Origin: Gammaproteobacteria bacterium
GTDB taxonomy: Bacteria; Pseudomonadota; Gammaproteobacteria; Eutrophobiales; Eutrophobiaceae
Direction: 5' to 3'
Length of the DNA stretch: 64,000 nt
NCBI GenBank assembly: GCA_965198875.1
Contig: CBDAPU010000001.1
Coordinates: 1,544,996-1,608,995, forward strand
Shown here: one piece after another, positions 31,623 to 41,743 of the stretch
How positions within the stretch are numbered: the first letter of the stretch is position 1
Layout of the letters: every line of letters begins with the position of its first letter
Program-made: the position numbers and the translations under genes
Notes under the pieces: model-generated
Seen by the model: the letters and a program-made list of their open reading frames with translations, nothing else
The model's database searches: none
What the model was told of the DNA's origin: nothing

Positions 31623-32468
31623 CTATCCCTGATAGGTCTGGCTCGCCAATGAAATACGGGTCGCTATGCTTTCCACCGCCATGATCAGGCAATAACTCAA
31701 TGCGGACTTTTCCGAATAGTCAGACGGCACCAGGTTGGACACCCGTCCATCTTCAATAAACCCCCAGGCCCGCCCCCATTTTTCACGGTTCTCGGTATCG
31801 AACACGCCGATGGCGATACCCTGGTCTTTTTTCACCAGGGAAAAACAGGGGATGTCGGTATACCCATCACCCACTATGATCATCTGCCTGATGGGCACCC
31901 GCAGTTTCGCCTGCTCGACCTTGCGATTGACCTCAAAGGGTTTACCGGCGAAATCGGCGCCGAATATGCCTTTTTGAATATGAAAAATATAACGGGTCTT
32001 ATCGGTGAAGCTGACAATCCTCCTGGGGTAGCGAATGTGGCCTTTGTCATCGTAATGAAAATCCGAGGCCCAGATCTCGCTAAACTCATGGGCGATGGGC
32101 GTGTGCCGCAATACCTCGCCGATCCCGGAGCTGATCAGATAAAACTCGAGGGTAATGCGGGGATTGGCCCTGTTCGCGGCATCACGTAGTCTCGCAAAGA
32201 TCGACTCAACCCCGGCATATAACGGCAGCTCCGCACCCCATCGGGCGAGGCTGTCCCGGCTAATGGGCGCAATCTCGCCGGCATCGGATTTCTCGATCAT
32301 TTTATATAGATACGCCGGCACCGGGTCCCAGCCATCCTCCATCAACGGGCCAACTTCATGGCGCCAGAAACCGGGGACATCCACCCCGCAACGGCTTAAA
32401 TAACCGGAAGTGCTATCCGGCGCCAGGGTGTCGTCAAAATCGAATATAACGGCGATAGTCTCGTGCAT
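31623..32468 (-). CDS. HAD-superfamily hydrolase
   Basis: Motif I VIFDFDDTL. Motif IV-like IIVGDGYTD. 281 aa. Confidence 0.6.
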   Translation of the reverse strand: MHETIAVIFDFDDTLAPDSTSGYLSRCGVDVPGFWRHEVGPLMEDGWDPVPAYLYKMIEKSDAGEIAPISRDSLARWGAELPLYAGVESIFARLRDAANRANPRITLEFYLISSGIGEVLRHTPIAHEFSEIWASDFHYDDKGHIRYPRRIVSFTDKTRYIFHIQKGIFGADFAGKPFEVNRKVEQAKLRVPIRQMIIVGDGYTDIPCFSLVKKDQGIAIGVFDTENREKWGRAWGFIEDGRVSNLVPSDYSEKSALSYCLIMAVESIATRISLASQTYQG

Positions 32469-32664
32469 TGATGGTTCCTGCTCTTAAATCAGATGGACTC
32501 TACATTCCAGGTGATGTAATTGAAACTGCTCATATAACGCGCTACTGTTGCGGCCAGGTGTCGCCAGTCTCCGGGCCTCTGAAGGAGCGCACCCCTATGG
32601 GATGCGCCTAACGCTATGCGATCAGGCGGAGCTCGCCAAAGTGAAGCCGCCCGGATCACCTGTG

Positions 32665-32730
32665 CTCATCATGACTTAACGCCCCCATCTTGTGCGGGCT
32701 TGCCTGCCTTCATCATGAAGGGGCGGCTTG
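32665..32730. repeat. solo copy of the dispersed CTCATCATGACTTAACGCCCCC...CTTGCCTG element, upstream of the TonB-dependent receptor gene
   Basis: Sequence similarity to 31507-31540 and 58936-59000. Confidence 0.5.
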
Positions 32731-32841
32731 ATAAAATCCTTAACATTGTTCACGACATCAAAGTTCGCTAAACTGCTTGCCATGATCTGGGCTTTTTCTC
32801 ACACAGGCATAACCGGTTTTTACTAACCCGACGGGCCTGGT

Positions 32842-35064
32842 ATGTTAGAACGCATTTTCATTAACGTAATCCAGCGCCGCGCCTTGATGTTTTATCTTGG
32901 CGCTTCTCTTTCCACACCGCTATGCGCCCAGAGCACCCTGGAAGAGGTTATCGTCACAGCGCAGAAGCGTGAGCAACGTCTGCAAGACGTCCCCGTGTCT
33001 ATTTCAGCGCTACTGCCCTCATCGGTTAATGATTATCTTGGCTCCGGCGAGAATATTCGCGCCTTGGCCCAGCGCGTCCCCAGTCTACAAATCGAATCAT
33101 CGAACGGCAGACAGCTACCCCGATTTTATATTCGCGGTTTGGGTAATACCGATTTTGACGTCAACGCCAACCAGCCCGTATCCATGATCTATGATGATAT
33201 TGTCCTTGAGAATGGCGTGTTAAAGAGCATTCCCCTCTATGACGTTGAACGTATAGAAGTCCTGCGCGGCCCGCAAGGCACATTGTTTGGGCGTAATACA
33301 CCGGCCGGCATTGTTAAAATCGACTCGGTTAAACCCACATACGAGAGAGATGGTTATCTACAGACATCTTACGGCAAGCGTGATAACCGCACGGTAGAAG
33401 GTGCGCTCGCCACTGGATTAACCGACAAGATGGCCGCCAGGGTGGCGTTCAAATATCAGGGACGAGGTGACTGGATCGAGAACAGAGGCCCCGGCGGCGA
33501 TGTGGGCGGTTTTGATGAGATAGCCTATCGCTTGCAATTCCTGTTCGAACCGGTGGAAGACTTCAGTGCGTTGATTAAATTTCATGGCTACCACATCGGT
33601 GGCGATACGCCGGCGACATTCTATGCAAATGCACTGGCCCTGGGTAGTGCGGGCGTGCGCCCCGGTTTTGACGCAAACCTCATAACACAGGACAGTTTAA
33701 CGGATGGGCATATCGATCATGTCGGCTTCGCCGCCAAACTGGAATATGCTTTTAACGGGTTTCTCTTCACGTCCATTAGCGGCTATGACGCCATAGACAG
33801 CCTGGGTCGGGGTGATGTTGACGGCGGCATTGTGGGCGGCCCGGGCAACATAGGCGAGCTTGGGTTTAATGCGTTTTTCGGCGTATCGACCGGTGATGGC
33901 TTATCCGATCATGCACAGATCAATCAGGAGTTTCGCCTGTCTCGAACCCATGGGCAGTGGTTCTATCAACTGGGTCTGTTCTACTTCAAGGAAGACATTA
34001 CTGTGGATAACATCAACTACAATACCGCCACGGATGCGTTATCGGATCTCACATTCACTATTCAGGATACAACATCCTTTGCCCTGTTCGCCCAGGTGGA
34101 ATATGCATTAACCGACTATCTCACATTAACCGGTGGTATTCGTTGGACCAGCGATGAGAAGGCGCTGGAGATCGTCCCGGGCGTCGGTTCACAAGCGATG
34201 TCGGCCAGCATCGAGAAGGACGACAGTTATATCGATGGCGACATAGCCGTCACCTTTGATGTGAATGAGGCGTGGGCGGTTTATGCCCGATTTGGCAGCG
34301 CTTCACGGGGGCCGGTCACCATTGGTCGATTCGGGTTCACGAGTACGGCCGAGACGGAGCAATTATTCTCATATGAGGGCGGTTTCAAAGCGGACTTGTT
34401 TGCTGGCCGTCTACGCTGGCAGGGTGCTGGTTATTACTATGAGATCCGGGATCAGCAACTCACCGCCACCGGCGGCGTGACGAACATAAACACATTATTG
34501 AATGCGGAGAGAACCATTGGCGCCGGTTTCGAGTCTGAAATGCAAATGCTCGTTAGCGAGAACTTTCGCATCAACACAAACCTCAGCTATAACTTCACAG
34601 AGATAAAGGACAGCGCCTTGCGTGATGATCTCTGTGGCTCTACACCCACCTGTACCGGCCTCGACCCGGTTGTCGGCTCCAGGGTTGGCGGCTTCGGGCC
34701 GGTAACCGAAGTCTCCATCGATGGCAACCCGTTACCACGGGCGCCGAGATGGATATTTAACATTGACGCCTGGTATGGCGTTGATATGTCTTTGGGCGCC
34801 CTCTACGTCTCCACGGACTGGAACTATCGTAGCGATGCAAACATCTTCTTCCATGAATCGGTGGAGTTTGTTGCAGATGCACGCTGGATAGGCGGGTTAC
34901 GCGCTGGTTATAAGACCCGGGACAAAAAATGGGACATCGCCGTTGTGGGCAGAAACATAACAAATGCAATAGCGGTTGATGGCGCCATTAACTTCCTTAA
35001 TCTGGCCGCTTTTATCAATGAACCGAGCTATTGGGGCGTGGAAGCCAGGTATGATTTCCACTAG
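32842..35064 (+). CDS. TonB-dependent outer-membrane receptor
   Basis: Signal peptide. TonB-box/plug (LEEVIVTAQKR...VEVLRGPQGTLFGRNTPAGIVK). Long beta-barrel. 740 aa. Substrate unknown. Confidence 0.8.
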   Translation: MLERIFINVIQRRALMFYLGASLSTPLCAQSTLEEVIVTAQKREQRLQDVPVSISALLPSSVNDYLGSGENIRALAQRVPSLQIESSNGRQLPRFYIRGLGNTDFDVNANQPVSMIYDDIVLENGVLKSIPLYDVERIEVLRGPQGTLFGRNTPAGIVKIDSVKPTYERDGYLQTSYGKRDNRTVEGALATGLTDKMAARVAFKYQGRGDWIENRGPGGDVGGFDEIAYRLQFLFEPVEDFSALIKFHGYHIGGDTPATFYANALALGSAGVRPGFDANLITQDSLTDGHIDHVGFAAKLEYAFNGFLFTSISGYDAIDSLGRGDVDGGIVGGPGNIGELGFNAFFGVSTGDGLSDHAQINQEFRLSRTHGQWFYQLGLFYFKEDITVDNINYNTATDALSDLTFTIQDTTSFALFAQVEYALTDYLTLTGGIRWTSDEKALEIVPGVGSQAMSASIEKDDSYIDGDIAVTFDVNEAWAVYARFGSASRGPVTIGRFGFTSTAETEQLFSYEGGFKADLFAGRLRWQGAGYYYEIRDQQLTATGGVTNINTLLNAERTIGAGFESEMQMLVSENFRINTNLSYNFTEIKDSALRDDLCGSTPTCTGLDPVVGSRVGGFGPVTEVSIDGNPLPRAPRWIFNIDAWYGVDMSLGALYVSTDWNYRSDANIFFHESVEFVADARWIGGLRAGYKTRDKKWDIAVVGRNITNAIAVDGAINFLNLAAFINEPSYWGVEARYDFH

Positions 35065-35597
35065 GCGCCCCTCCCATCATTGCCTTAGCCGGCGGACAGC
35101 AACACTGTCAACTGATGAACGAGGCCCCGAACATGGCCAGCACCGTATCCCCATCTGATCAGATATCCCACCCGATTCATGCAGGCCATCAATGTGCATA
35201 TCGCCTCAACCGTCCCGGGCCTAAACCCGATGCCGTTTATGTGGCGCCATCATCTCAATGCCCTGCCAGCCGTTCACCTCACTCAACCTGCGATCCGTAA
35301 TGTTGGCTGTTGTTAGCGTAGTGCAGGGAGTCAAAGCTGGGGAGTAACCTGAAAAGAAATAACACGGCCCTGATCGATGTGATGTCCATCACCCTCATCC
35401 GGCGCTGTTAATCAATGCCAAGCCTCAATCAGATCACCGACACTGGTGTTGCTGGCAACAACATGATCACAGGCTATAAGGTGTGATACGTTGAGTTTTT
35501 ATCCTTAAATTGAAGTGATCTGCGCCCATGTATGGCAACATCAATGATGGCTCCTGGTAGAAGTAATACCCGCATTTGCTCTGATATGCACAGTTAA

Positions 35598-36527
35598 ATG
35601 GGCGATACATCAAATATGAGAATTGCTGTTGTGGGGAGCACGAACTGGGATCTGTCCATGTATTTGCCCGGCCTGCCTGCACTTGGCGAGACGGTTATGG
35701 GTGGCGCCACGCATGCCTGTCTGGGCGGTAAAGGCGCCAACCAGGCGATAGCCGCCCGCCGCGCCGGCGGTGATGTGTTCTTTTTATCCTGTGTTGGCGA
35801 TGACAGTATTGCCGAGCAGGCACACAGGGCATTATCCGAAAACGGATTAGACCTGACGGGCCTGATCCGCGTTGATGAGGTCGAAACCGGTACGGCCATG
35901 ATATTTGTTGACGAGACGGGAGAGAATAGCATCGGTGTCGCCAGTGGCGCCAATGCCCATCTGACAGGTGACAGGGTGCTTGCCCACGCAGAAAAAATCC
36001 GCGCAACCGGGATCCTGTTATTGCAAATGGAGATCCCCCTGGCCGGTATTTTATCCGCCGCCCGGTTGCATCACAGGGTGATCCTGAACCCGGCGCCCGC
36101 ACAACAGTTAAGTGATGCGCTGTTGCACCATGTATCGATACTCACTCCCAATAAAATGGAAATGGAGCAGCTCATCGGCGAGCAGATCAGTGATGAGAAT
36201 GCGCTGATAAAAGCAGCGGGGTTGTTATTACATCGCGGGCCTGAGGCAATCATCATCACCCTGGGCGCAGCGGGTGTTTTCATCGTAACCCGGCAATCAT
36301 CATACAGGCTTGACGCCTATGAAGTGGATGTGGTGGATACCACTGCGGCAGGCGATGTATTTAATGGTGCATTGGCAAGCGCCCTGGTTTTTGGCGCTGA
36401 TCTGAAGGAAGCCTGTGAGTTCGCCATAGCCGCCGCTGCACTGTCGGTACAAAAACCCGGGGCCATACCCTCGATCCCCTACCGGGAAGAAATCGAAGAC
36501 CTGCTAGCCCGAGATCACCCGCTATGA
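35598..36527 (+). CDS. rbsK: ribokinase
   Basis: ...VVGSTNWDL...GGKGANQA... and C-terminal ...TTAAGD.FNGALA motifs (PfkB family). The start may be the second ATG at 35616 (MRIAVVGS). Confidence 0.8.
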   Translation: MGDTSNMRIAVVGSTNWDLSMYLPGLPALGETVMGGATHACLGGKGANQAIAARRAGGDVFFLSCVGDDSIAEQAHRALSENGLDLTGLIRVDEVETGTAMIFVDETGENSIGVASGANAHLTGDRVLAHAEKIRATGILLLQMEIPLAGILSAARLHHRVILNPAPAQQLSDALLHHVSILTPNKMEMEQLIGEQISDENALIKAAGLLLHRGPEAIIITLGAAGVFIVTRQSSYRLDAYEVDVVDTTAAGDVFNGALASALVFGADLKEACEFAIAAAALSVQKPGAIPSIPYREEIEDLLARDHPL

Positions 36528-36852
36528 CAGCGCTCGTGATCACAAACACCCTCTCAAGGGTATGCCGATATAGCCAACCAACACACCACCGGGAAAATCA
36601 GACGCTAAGCCTTGCTATCTTCACCCCATATCAATTTGTTATCGACCGATCAACATGCCCATTGCTGGCTGACCGTGGCATGATAACAGGGAGCGAATGC
36701 ACAATAGGCGAGGGAAGTGAATGCGCTCAAGAGTCATGTTAAGAGAGATGATAATGGGCGTTATGGTTGTTGGGCGGTTGGTTATGCACTTTGTAGAAAA
36801 ACACAGCCATGACGTCCCCGTTTATATAGAAAAATAATAATTGAGAGCCTAA

Positions 36853-38085
36853 ATGCAGATAGTAATGAGTCTTGTCGGGATGGCCACCCTTATCGGTTTG
36901 GCGCTGCTTTTATCTGCAAATCGAAAAGCGATAAGGCTGCAAACTGTCGTCCCGGCATTGTTCACACAGGCTGCTCTTGCCGGTTTTATTCTTTATTTCC
37001 CGCCCGGTCAGGCATTTCTTAATACCCTGGTGACTGGAGTACAACACGTTATTGATTATAGCCGTGTGGGTATTGAGTTTTTATTCGGAGACATCGGCAA
37101 GAAGAAGATCGGTTTTATTATCGCCTTCCATGTCCTGCCGGTGATCATCTTTCTCTCGGCATTGACGTCAACATTATACTATCTTGGGATCATGCAAAAA
37201 GTCGCATCCATATTGGGCGGCTGGCTTCACAGGGCGCTCGGTACCAGTAAAACGGAATCCATCTCGGCGGTATCCAATATATTCATCGGCCATACAGAGG
37301 CGCCATTGGTGATCAGGCCGTACTTAAAGGCGCTCACCCAATCGGAGTTGTTTGCGGTGATGACCGGCGGCATGGCGAGCATCTCCGGTTCAATCATGGC
37401 GGGTTATGCCGCAATGGGGGTAGACTTGAATTATCTGGTGACCGCCAGTTTTATGGCTGCACCGGGCGGTCTGTTCATGGCAAAAATGATCCAGCCGGAA
37501 ACTGAAAAACCTGAAGTGGATATAGAACATGGCCAATTTGGTGGCGCTCAGAAGGCCGTGAATATCTTTGAAGCCATCGGCAACGGCGCACTGGATGGCT
37601 TGAAACTGGCGCTGAATGTTGCCGCCATGTTAATTGCATTCATCGCCATGATCGCCCTCGTTAATGGCCTGATTGGCGGGATCGCCGGCGTATTCGGCTA
37701 TCCGGGATTAACGCTACAGGAAATACTTGGGAGACTATTGGCGCCACTGGCATTTTTATTAGGTGTGCCCTGGGAAGAGGCGATGGTTGCCGCAAGCCTG
37801 ATCGGACAGAAATTCGTGATCAATGAGTTCATCGCCTATGTGAGTTTTGTTGAGTTATTAAATCAACAGGAGCTATCCCGGCATACCCAGGTTATCTTAA
37901 CTTTTTCATTGTGTGGTTTCGCCAATCTTTCATCCATAGCGATTTTACTGGGCGGTCTGGGTAGTCTTGTGCCTGAACGCCGCGGCGATATCGCCCGCAT
38001 GGGGTTGATGGCGGTATGCGCCGGCACGTTATCCAATTTAATGAGCGCCGTACTGGCGGGTTTATTCATCTCTTTGCCGTTATAA
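36853..38085 (+). CDS. nupC: concentrative nucleoside transporter (NupC/CNT family)
   Basis: 410 aa polytopic membrane protein with NupC blocks ([16 protein letters not shown]; [16 protein letters not shown]). Confidence 0.85.
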   Translation: MQIVMSLVGMATLIGLALLLSANRKAIRLQTVVPALFTQAALAGFILYFPPGQAFLNTLVTGVQHVIDYSRVGIEFLFGDIGKKKIGFIIAFHVLPVIIFLSALTSTLYYLGIMQKVASILGGWLHRALGTSKTESISAVSNIFIGHTEAPLVIRPYLKALTQSELFAVMTGGMASISGSIMAGYAAMGVDLNYLVTASFMAAPGGLFMAKMIQPETEKPEVDIEHGQFGGAQKAVNIFEAIGNGALDGLKLALNVAAMLIAFIAMIALVNGLIGGIAGVFGYPGLTLQEILGRLLAPLAFLLGVPWEEAMVAASLIGQKFVINEFIAYVSFVELLNQQELSRHTQVILTFSLCGFANLSSIAILLGGLGSLVPERRGDIARMGLMAVCAGTLSNLMSAVLAGLFISLPL

Positions 38086-38116
38086 TCATAGCGGTCAACA
38101 AATAAGGAGCTATCAC

Positions 38117-38824
38117 ATGGCCACACCACATATCAATGCTGAGCCAGGTGATTTTGCAGAAACGGTACTCATGCCGGGCGATCCCCTCAGGGCAAAGTTT
38201 ATTGCGGAGAATTACCTGCATGCCGCTCGCCAGGTAAACGCCGTACGCAACATGCTGGGCTTTACCGGGCTGTATAAAGAACAGGCTGTTTCGGTCATGG
38301 GGCATGGCATGGGCATTCCTTCCTGCTCTATCTACTGCACGGAATTGATCAAGGACTTTGGCGTGAAGCGGCTGTTGCGGGTTGGCAGTTGTGGCGCCGT
38401 GGGCGAGGCGGTGAGATTAAGAGATACGATTATTGCTATGGGCGCCTGTACCGACTCCAAAGTCAACCGCACTCGCTTTAAGGGTCACGACTTTGCCGCT
38501 ATCGCTGATTATGACATGTTGCAATCCGCCGTCACCCATGCAAAAGAGAGGAACCTGTCTTTTCATGTGGGCAATATTTATTCAGCCGATCTGTTTTATA
38601 CGCCCGAGCCGGACATGTTCAAACTCATGGAAAAGTTCAATGTGCTGGGGGTTGACATGGAGGCCGCCGGGATTTATGGGCTGGCCGCAGAGTTTGGCGC
38701 CAGGGCCCTGGCGATATGTGCGGTTAGCGATCACATTGCCAGCGGCGAGAGACTGAACGCCCAGGAGCGAGAGAGCGGTTTTACCCAGATGATCGAGCTC
38801 GCCCTGGAGGTGGCGGTCGGTTAG
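38117..38824 (+). CDS. deoD: purine nucleoside phosphorylase, DeoD type
   Basis: [31 protein letters not shown]...[10 protein letters not shown]...[11 protein letters not shown]. 235 aa. Confidence 0.9.
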   Translation: MATPHINAEPGDFAETVLMPGDPLRAKFIAENYLHAARQVNAVRNMLGFTGLYKEQAVSVMGHGMGIPSCSIYCTELIKDFGVKRLLRVGSCGAVGEAVRLRDTIIAMGACTDSKVNRTRFKGHDFAAIADYDMLQSAVTHAKERNLSFHVGNIYSADLFYTPEPDMFKLMEKFNVLGVDMEAAGIYGLAAEFGARALAICAVSDHIASGERLNAQERESGFTQMIELALEVAVG

Positions 38825-38930
38825 CCTGACGGCGCCGCTCACAATCCCTTCCATAACCCCCAGAGCAAAATATGAAGAGACGCTCCTTTTAAGGCGCCGC
38901 TAAAACCCTTCCATCGCCCTCACCCAAAGG

Positions 38931-39593
38931 CTACTCAGGGCCCGCGATAATTTTTACCCCGGAGCTCGTTCCAAGACGAGTGGCGCCCGCTGCGATCATT
39001 CTGCATGCCGTTTCATAATCCCTCACACCACCACTGGCTTTCACTCCGAAATCCGCCCCAACAGCGGCACGCAGCAGTTGTATATCTTCTACGGTGGCGC
39101 CCGCCTGATTAAAGCCGGTGGCGGTTTTAACAAAATCAGCGCCCGCCTCAACACAGGCCCCACAGGCCACCACCTTCTCATCATCGCTTAATAAACAGGT
39201 CTCTAAAATGACCTTGACGATCCGCCCCCGTGTGCTTCTTACTACCGCTTCAATATCGGATTTAACTTCTCCCCAATCACCGGCCCTGGCCGCACCCACA
39301 TTCATGACCATGTCGATCTCATCAGCGCCCTGCCTTATGGCCACACTCGCCTCATAGGCTTTTACGTCCGTTTCATGGGCACCGGACGGGAAACCCACCA
39401 CTGTGCACACCTTCACGCCTGATCCCTCTAACAACCTGCTCGCCAGGCTGACAAAAACCGGGGACACACACACAGCGCAAAAATGATACTCGCACGCTTG
39501 CCGACATAATTTTTTTATTCTTTCCGGGGTGGCCTCCGGTGTTAGCAGGGTATGGTCAATGATGCCGGCCATTTCCCGTTCTCGTATGTTCAT
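38931..39593 (-). CDS. deoC: deoxyribose-phosphate aldolase
   Basis: ...IDHTLLTPEAT...AVCVSP... and Schiff-base Lys region (FVKTATGF). Start taken at MNIRE (39593); ATG at 39572 is an alternative. The longest ORF extends to 39695. Confidence 0.8.
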   Translation of the reverse strand: MNIREREMAGIIDHTLLTPEATPERIKKLCRQACEYHFCAVCVSPVFVSLASRLLEGSGVKVCTVVGFPSGAHETDVKAYEASVAIRQGADEIDMVMNVGAARAGDWGEVKSDIEAVVRSTRGRIVKVILETCLLSDDEKVVACGACVEAGADFVKTATGFNQAGATVEDIQLLRAAVGADFGVKASGGVRDYETACRMIAAGATRLGTSSGVKIIAGPE

Positions 39594-39799
39594 CGTTATC
39601 TTCAGTCTCTCCGCCAGATGATACGAAGTCGTTTTAATCTGCGAGAAACCCGGCCCCTGTGAGAGCCCCTGTATTGCACTGCCCGGCAACAACACCCCGC
39701 CATTAAACCATGCTCAACGGCCATCTGTGATCCACCCTCATCGGCCGCGGATGCTTTTTCGGCAATACATCGGCTCCCAATCGTTGCGCGCTATCGTTT

Positions 39800-40741
39800 T
39801 TATTTGAGCGATAGCGAGTAACCAAAGTCCTCCTTAAACTGATCAACAAACGCCTGCTCATCAAACCTATGATTTTGCGTGCCCTGCACTTCGATTTTGA
39901 GTGCGCCCATTAAAGCGGCGACCCGGCCTGTTGTTTCCCAGTCCATGTCATTCATCAGTCCATACAATAAACCGGCCCGGTAGGCGTCCCCACAACCTGT
40001 GGGGTCCACCACCTGCTTTGCCTTCGCCGCCGGGATCTCAATCTGTTTGCCTTTGCTGTATATCGTTGAGCCCTGTGCACCACGGGTTACGATTAAGGCG
40101 TCAATCATCTCAAGCAGGCGCTCGGTAGTCAGGCCGGTTTTGCTCTCAACTAATTGCCACTCATAATCATTGAATGTAACCCAGGTAGCGTGTTCAAAAC
40201 TGCTTATCAACTCCGCTTTGTTCAATACCGTGACATTCTGCCCGGGATCGAAGATAAACGGCGTGCCCTGGCGGGCAAATTGCTCGGCGTGTTCTAGCAT
40301 GCCGTCTTTGCCATCGGGGGCGACAATGCCGATGCGGATATGTTCAGCCGCCGATACTGTGTTTTCATGGGCATGGGTCAAGGCGCCTAATTGAAATGCC
40401 GTGATTTGATTATCATCCAGATCGGTTGTAATAAAACATTGTGCGGTAAAGGTGTTGTCTATGATTTTAATGTGCTTATCATCAATACCCTGCCTTTTGA
40501 GCCATGCGCCGTAGCTGGCGAAATCCTCTCCAACGGCGCCCATGGGCAGGCAATCCGCACCCAGCAATTTCATGTTATAGGCGATGTTCCCTGCACAGCC
40601 TCCAAACTCGCGTTTCATATCCGGCACGACAAAACAGACATTGAGCATGTGTATCTTCTCCGGCAGGATATGATCCTTAAAGCGACCCGGGAAAACCATG
40701 ATATGATCATAGGCAAAAGAGCCACAAATCAAGGCGGTCAT
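39800..40741 (-). CDS. PfkB-family carbohydrate/nucleoside kinase (adenosine-kinase-like)
   Basis: 313 aa; C-terminal ...DPTGCGDAYRAGLLYGL PfkB anion-hole motif. Lies in the nucleoside-catabolic neighbourhood. Confidence 0.6.
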   Translation of the reverse strand: MTALICGSFAYDHIMVFPGRFKDHILPEKIHMLNVCFVVPDMKREFGGCAGNIAYNMKLLGADCLPMGAVGEDFASYGAWLKRQGIDDKHIKIIDNTFTAQCFITTDLDDNQITAFQLGALTHAHENTVSAAEHIRIGIVAPDGKDGMLEHAEQFARQGTPFIFDPGQNVTVLNKAELISSFEHATWVTFNDYEWQLVESKTGLTTERLLEMIDALIVTRGAQGSTIYSKGKQIEIPAAKAKQVVDPTGCGDAYRAGLLYGLMNDMDWETTGRVAALMGALKIEVQGTQNHRFDEQAFVDQFKEDFGYSLSLK

Positions 40742-40973
40742 GGCAACATCTGTGCAACAGGTGAAGGGTGTGTGAGGACAGGTTCTTTAAGGCTCTTCAT
40801 CATGGCAAGGTGGATCTGAGTGGCCCCAAGTTTAAGGGCGAACATTAAAAATCCCATTGGCCTGACGTCAACGGGTTGATCCCATTCATTCTCGCAGGAT
40901 ATGTCTATACCCTAGTTTTAATCAACGGCTCCCTTATCGATCAGTCATAATCAAAGACGCTATTATAGCGAGA

Positions 40974-41546
40974 ATGGCCAATAAAAATATATGTCTGTTT
41001 TGCGGCGCTAACCCCGGGGTCAGACCTGAATATGCAGAGGCAGCCGTGCTGTTGGGCAATGAGCTGGCGGTGCGTGGTATCGGGCTGGTTTATGGCGGCG
41101 CCACAGTTGGCCTTATGGGGGTCGTGGCAGATACGGTCCTTGCCAAAGGCGGTAAGGTGATTGGCGTTATACCCGGGTTCCTTGCTGAGAAAGAGATCAT
41201 GCACGAGCGGGTAGATAAGATGCACATTGTCAGCTCCATGCATGAGCGAAAGGCGCTGATGTCAGAACTTGCCAGTGGTTTTATCGCCTTGCCAGGGGGG
41301 TTTGGGACTGTTGAAGAACTACTGGAAATGCTCACCTGGGGGCAATTAGGTCTGCATGACAAGCCTTGCCTCGCCTTGAGTATTGGCGGGTACTTCGATC
41401 ACCTCCTGGCGTTTCTCGATCATGCCGTTCGAGAGGGGTTTCTAAAGCCCGTCCATCGTGAGCGGTTAATGGTGGAGACAACGGCCAGATCCGCCCTTGA
41501 GAGCATAGTCAATGATGCACGCTGGCAGGTGGTTGCAGACAGATAA
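40974..41546 (+). CDS. LOG-family (TIGR00730) cytokinin-riboside-5'-monophosphate phosphoribohydrolase-like protein
   Basis: ...ICLFCGAN...LVYGGATVGLMG...ALPGGFGTVEEL... with PGGxGTxxE motif. 190 aa. Confidence 0.8.
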   Translation: MANKNICLFCGANPGVRPEYAEAAVLLGNELAVRGIGLVYGGATVGLMGVVADTVLAKGGKVIGVIPGFLAEKEIMHERVDKMHIVSSMHERKALMSELASGFIALPGGFGTVEELLEMLTWGQLGLHDKPCLALSIGGYFDHLLAFLDHAVREGFLKPVHRERLMVETTARSALESIVNDARWQVVADR

Positions 41547-41743
41547 CACCACATCCATACCGAGCCCAGCGGCATGACAGTGTCTCATATGCGCCAGTAG
41601 CCATACCCGCTTTGCAGGATCTATCCGGCGTCACTGATCCCTGAAAACAGCAAGAGGCCCCTTAGTCAAGGCCGCACGTTCTATCTTCTCCCATCACCGG
41701 GTTCTCTTGACGCAGAGACATTCAGGATAGCGGTTGGCTGATC

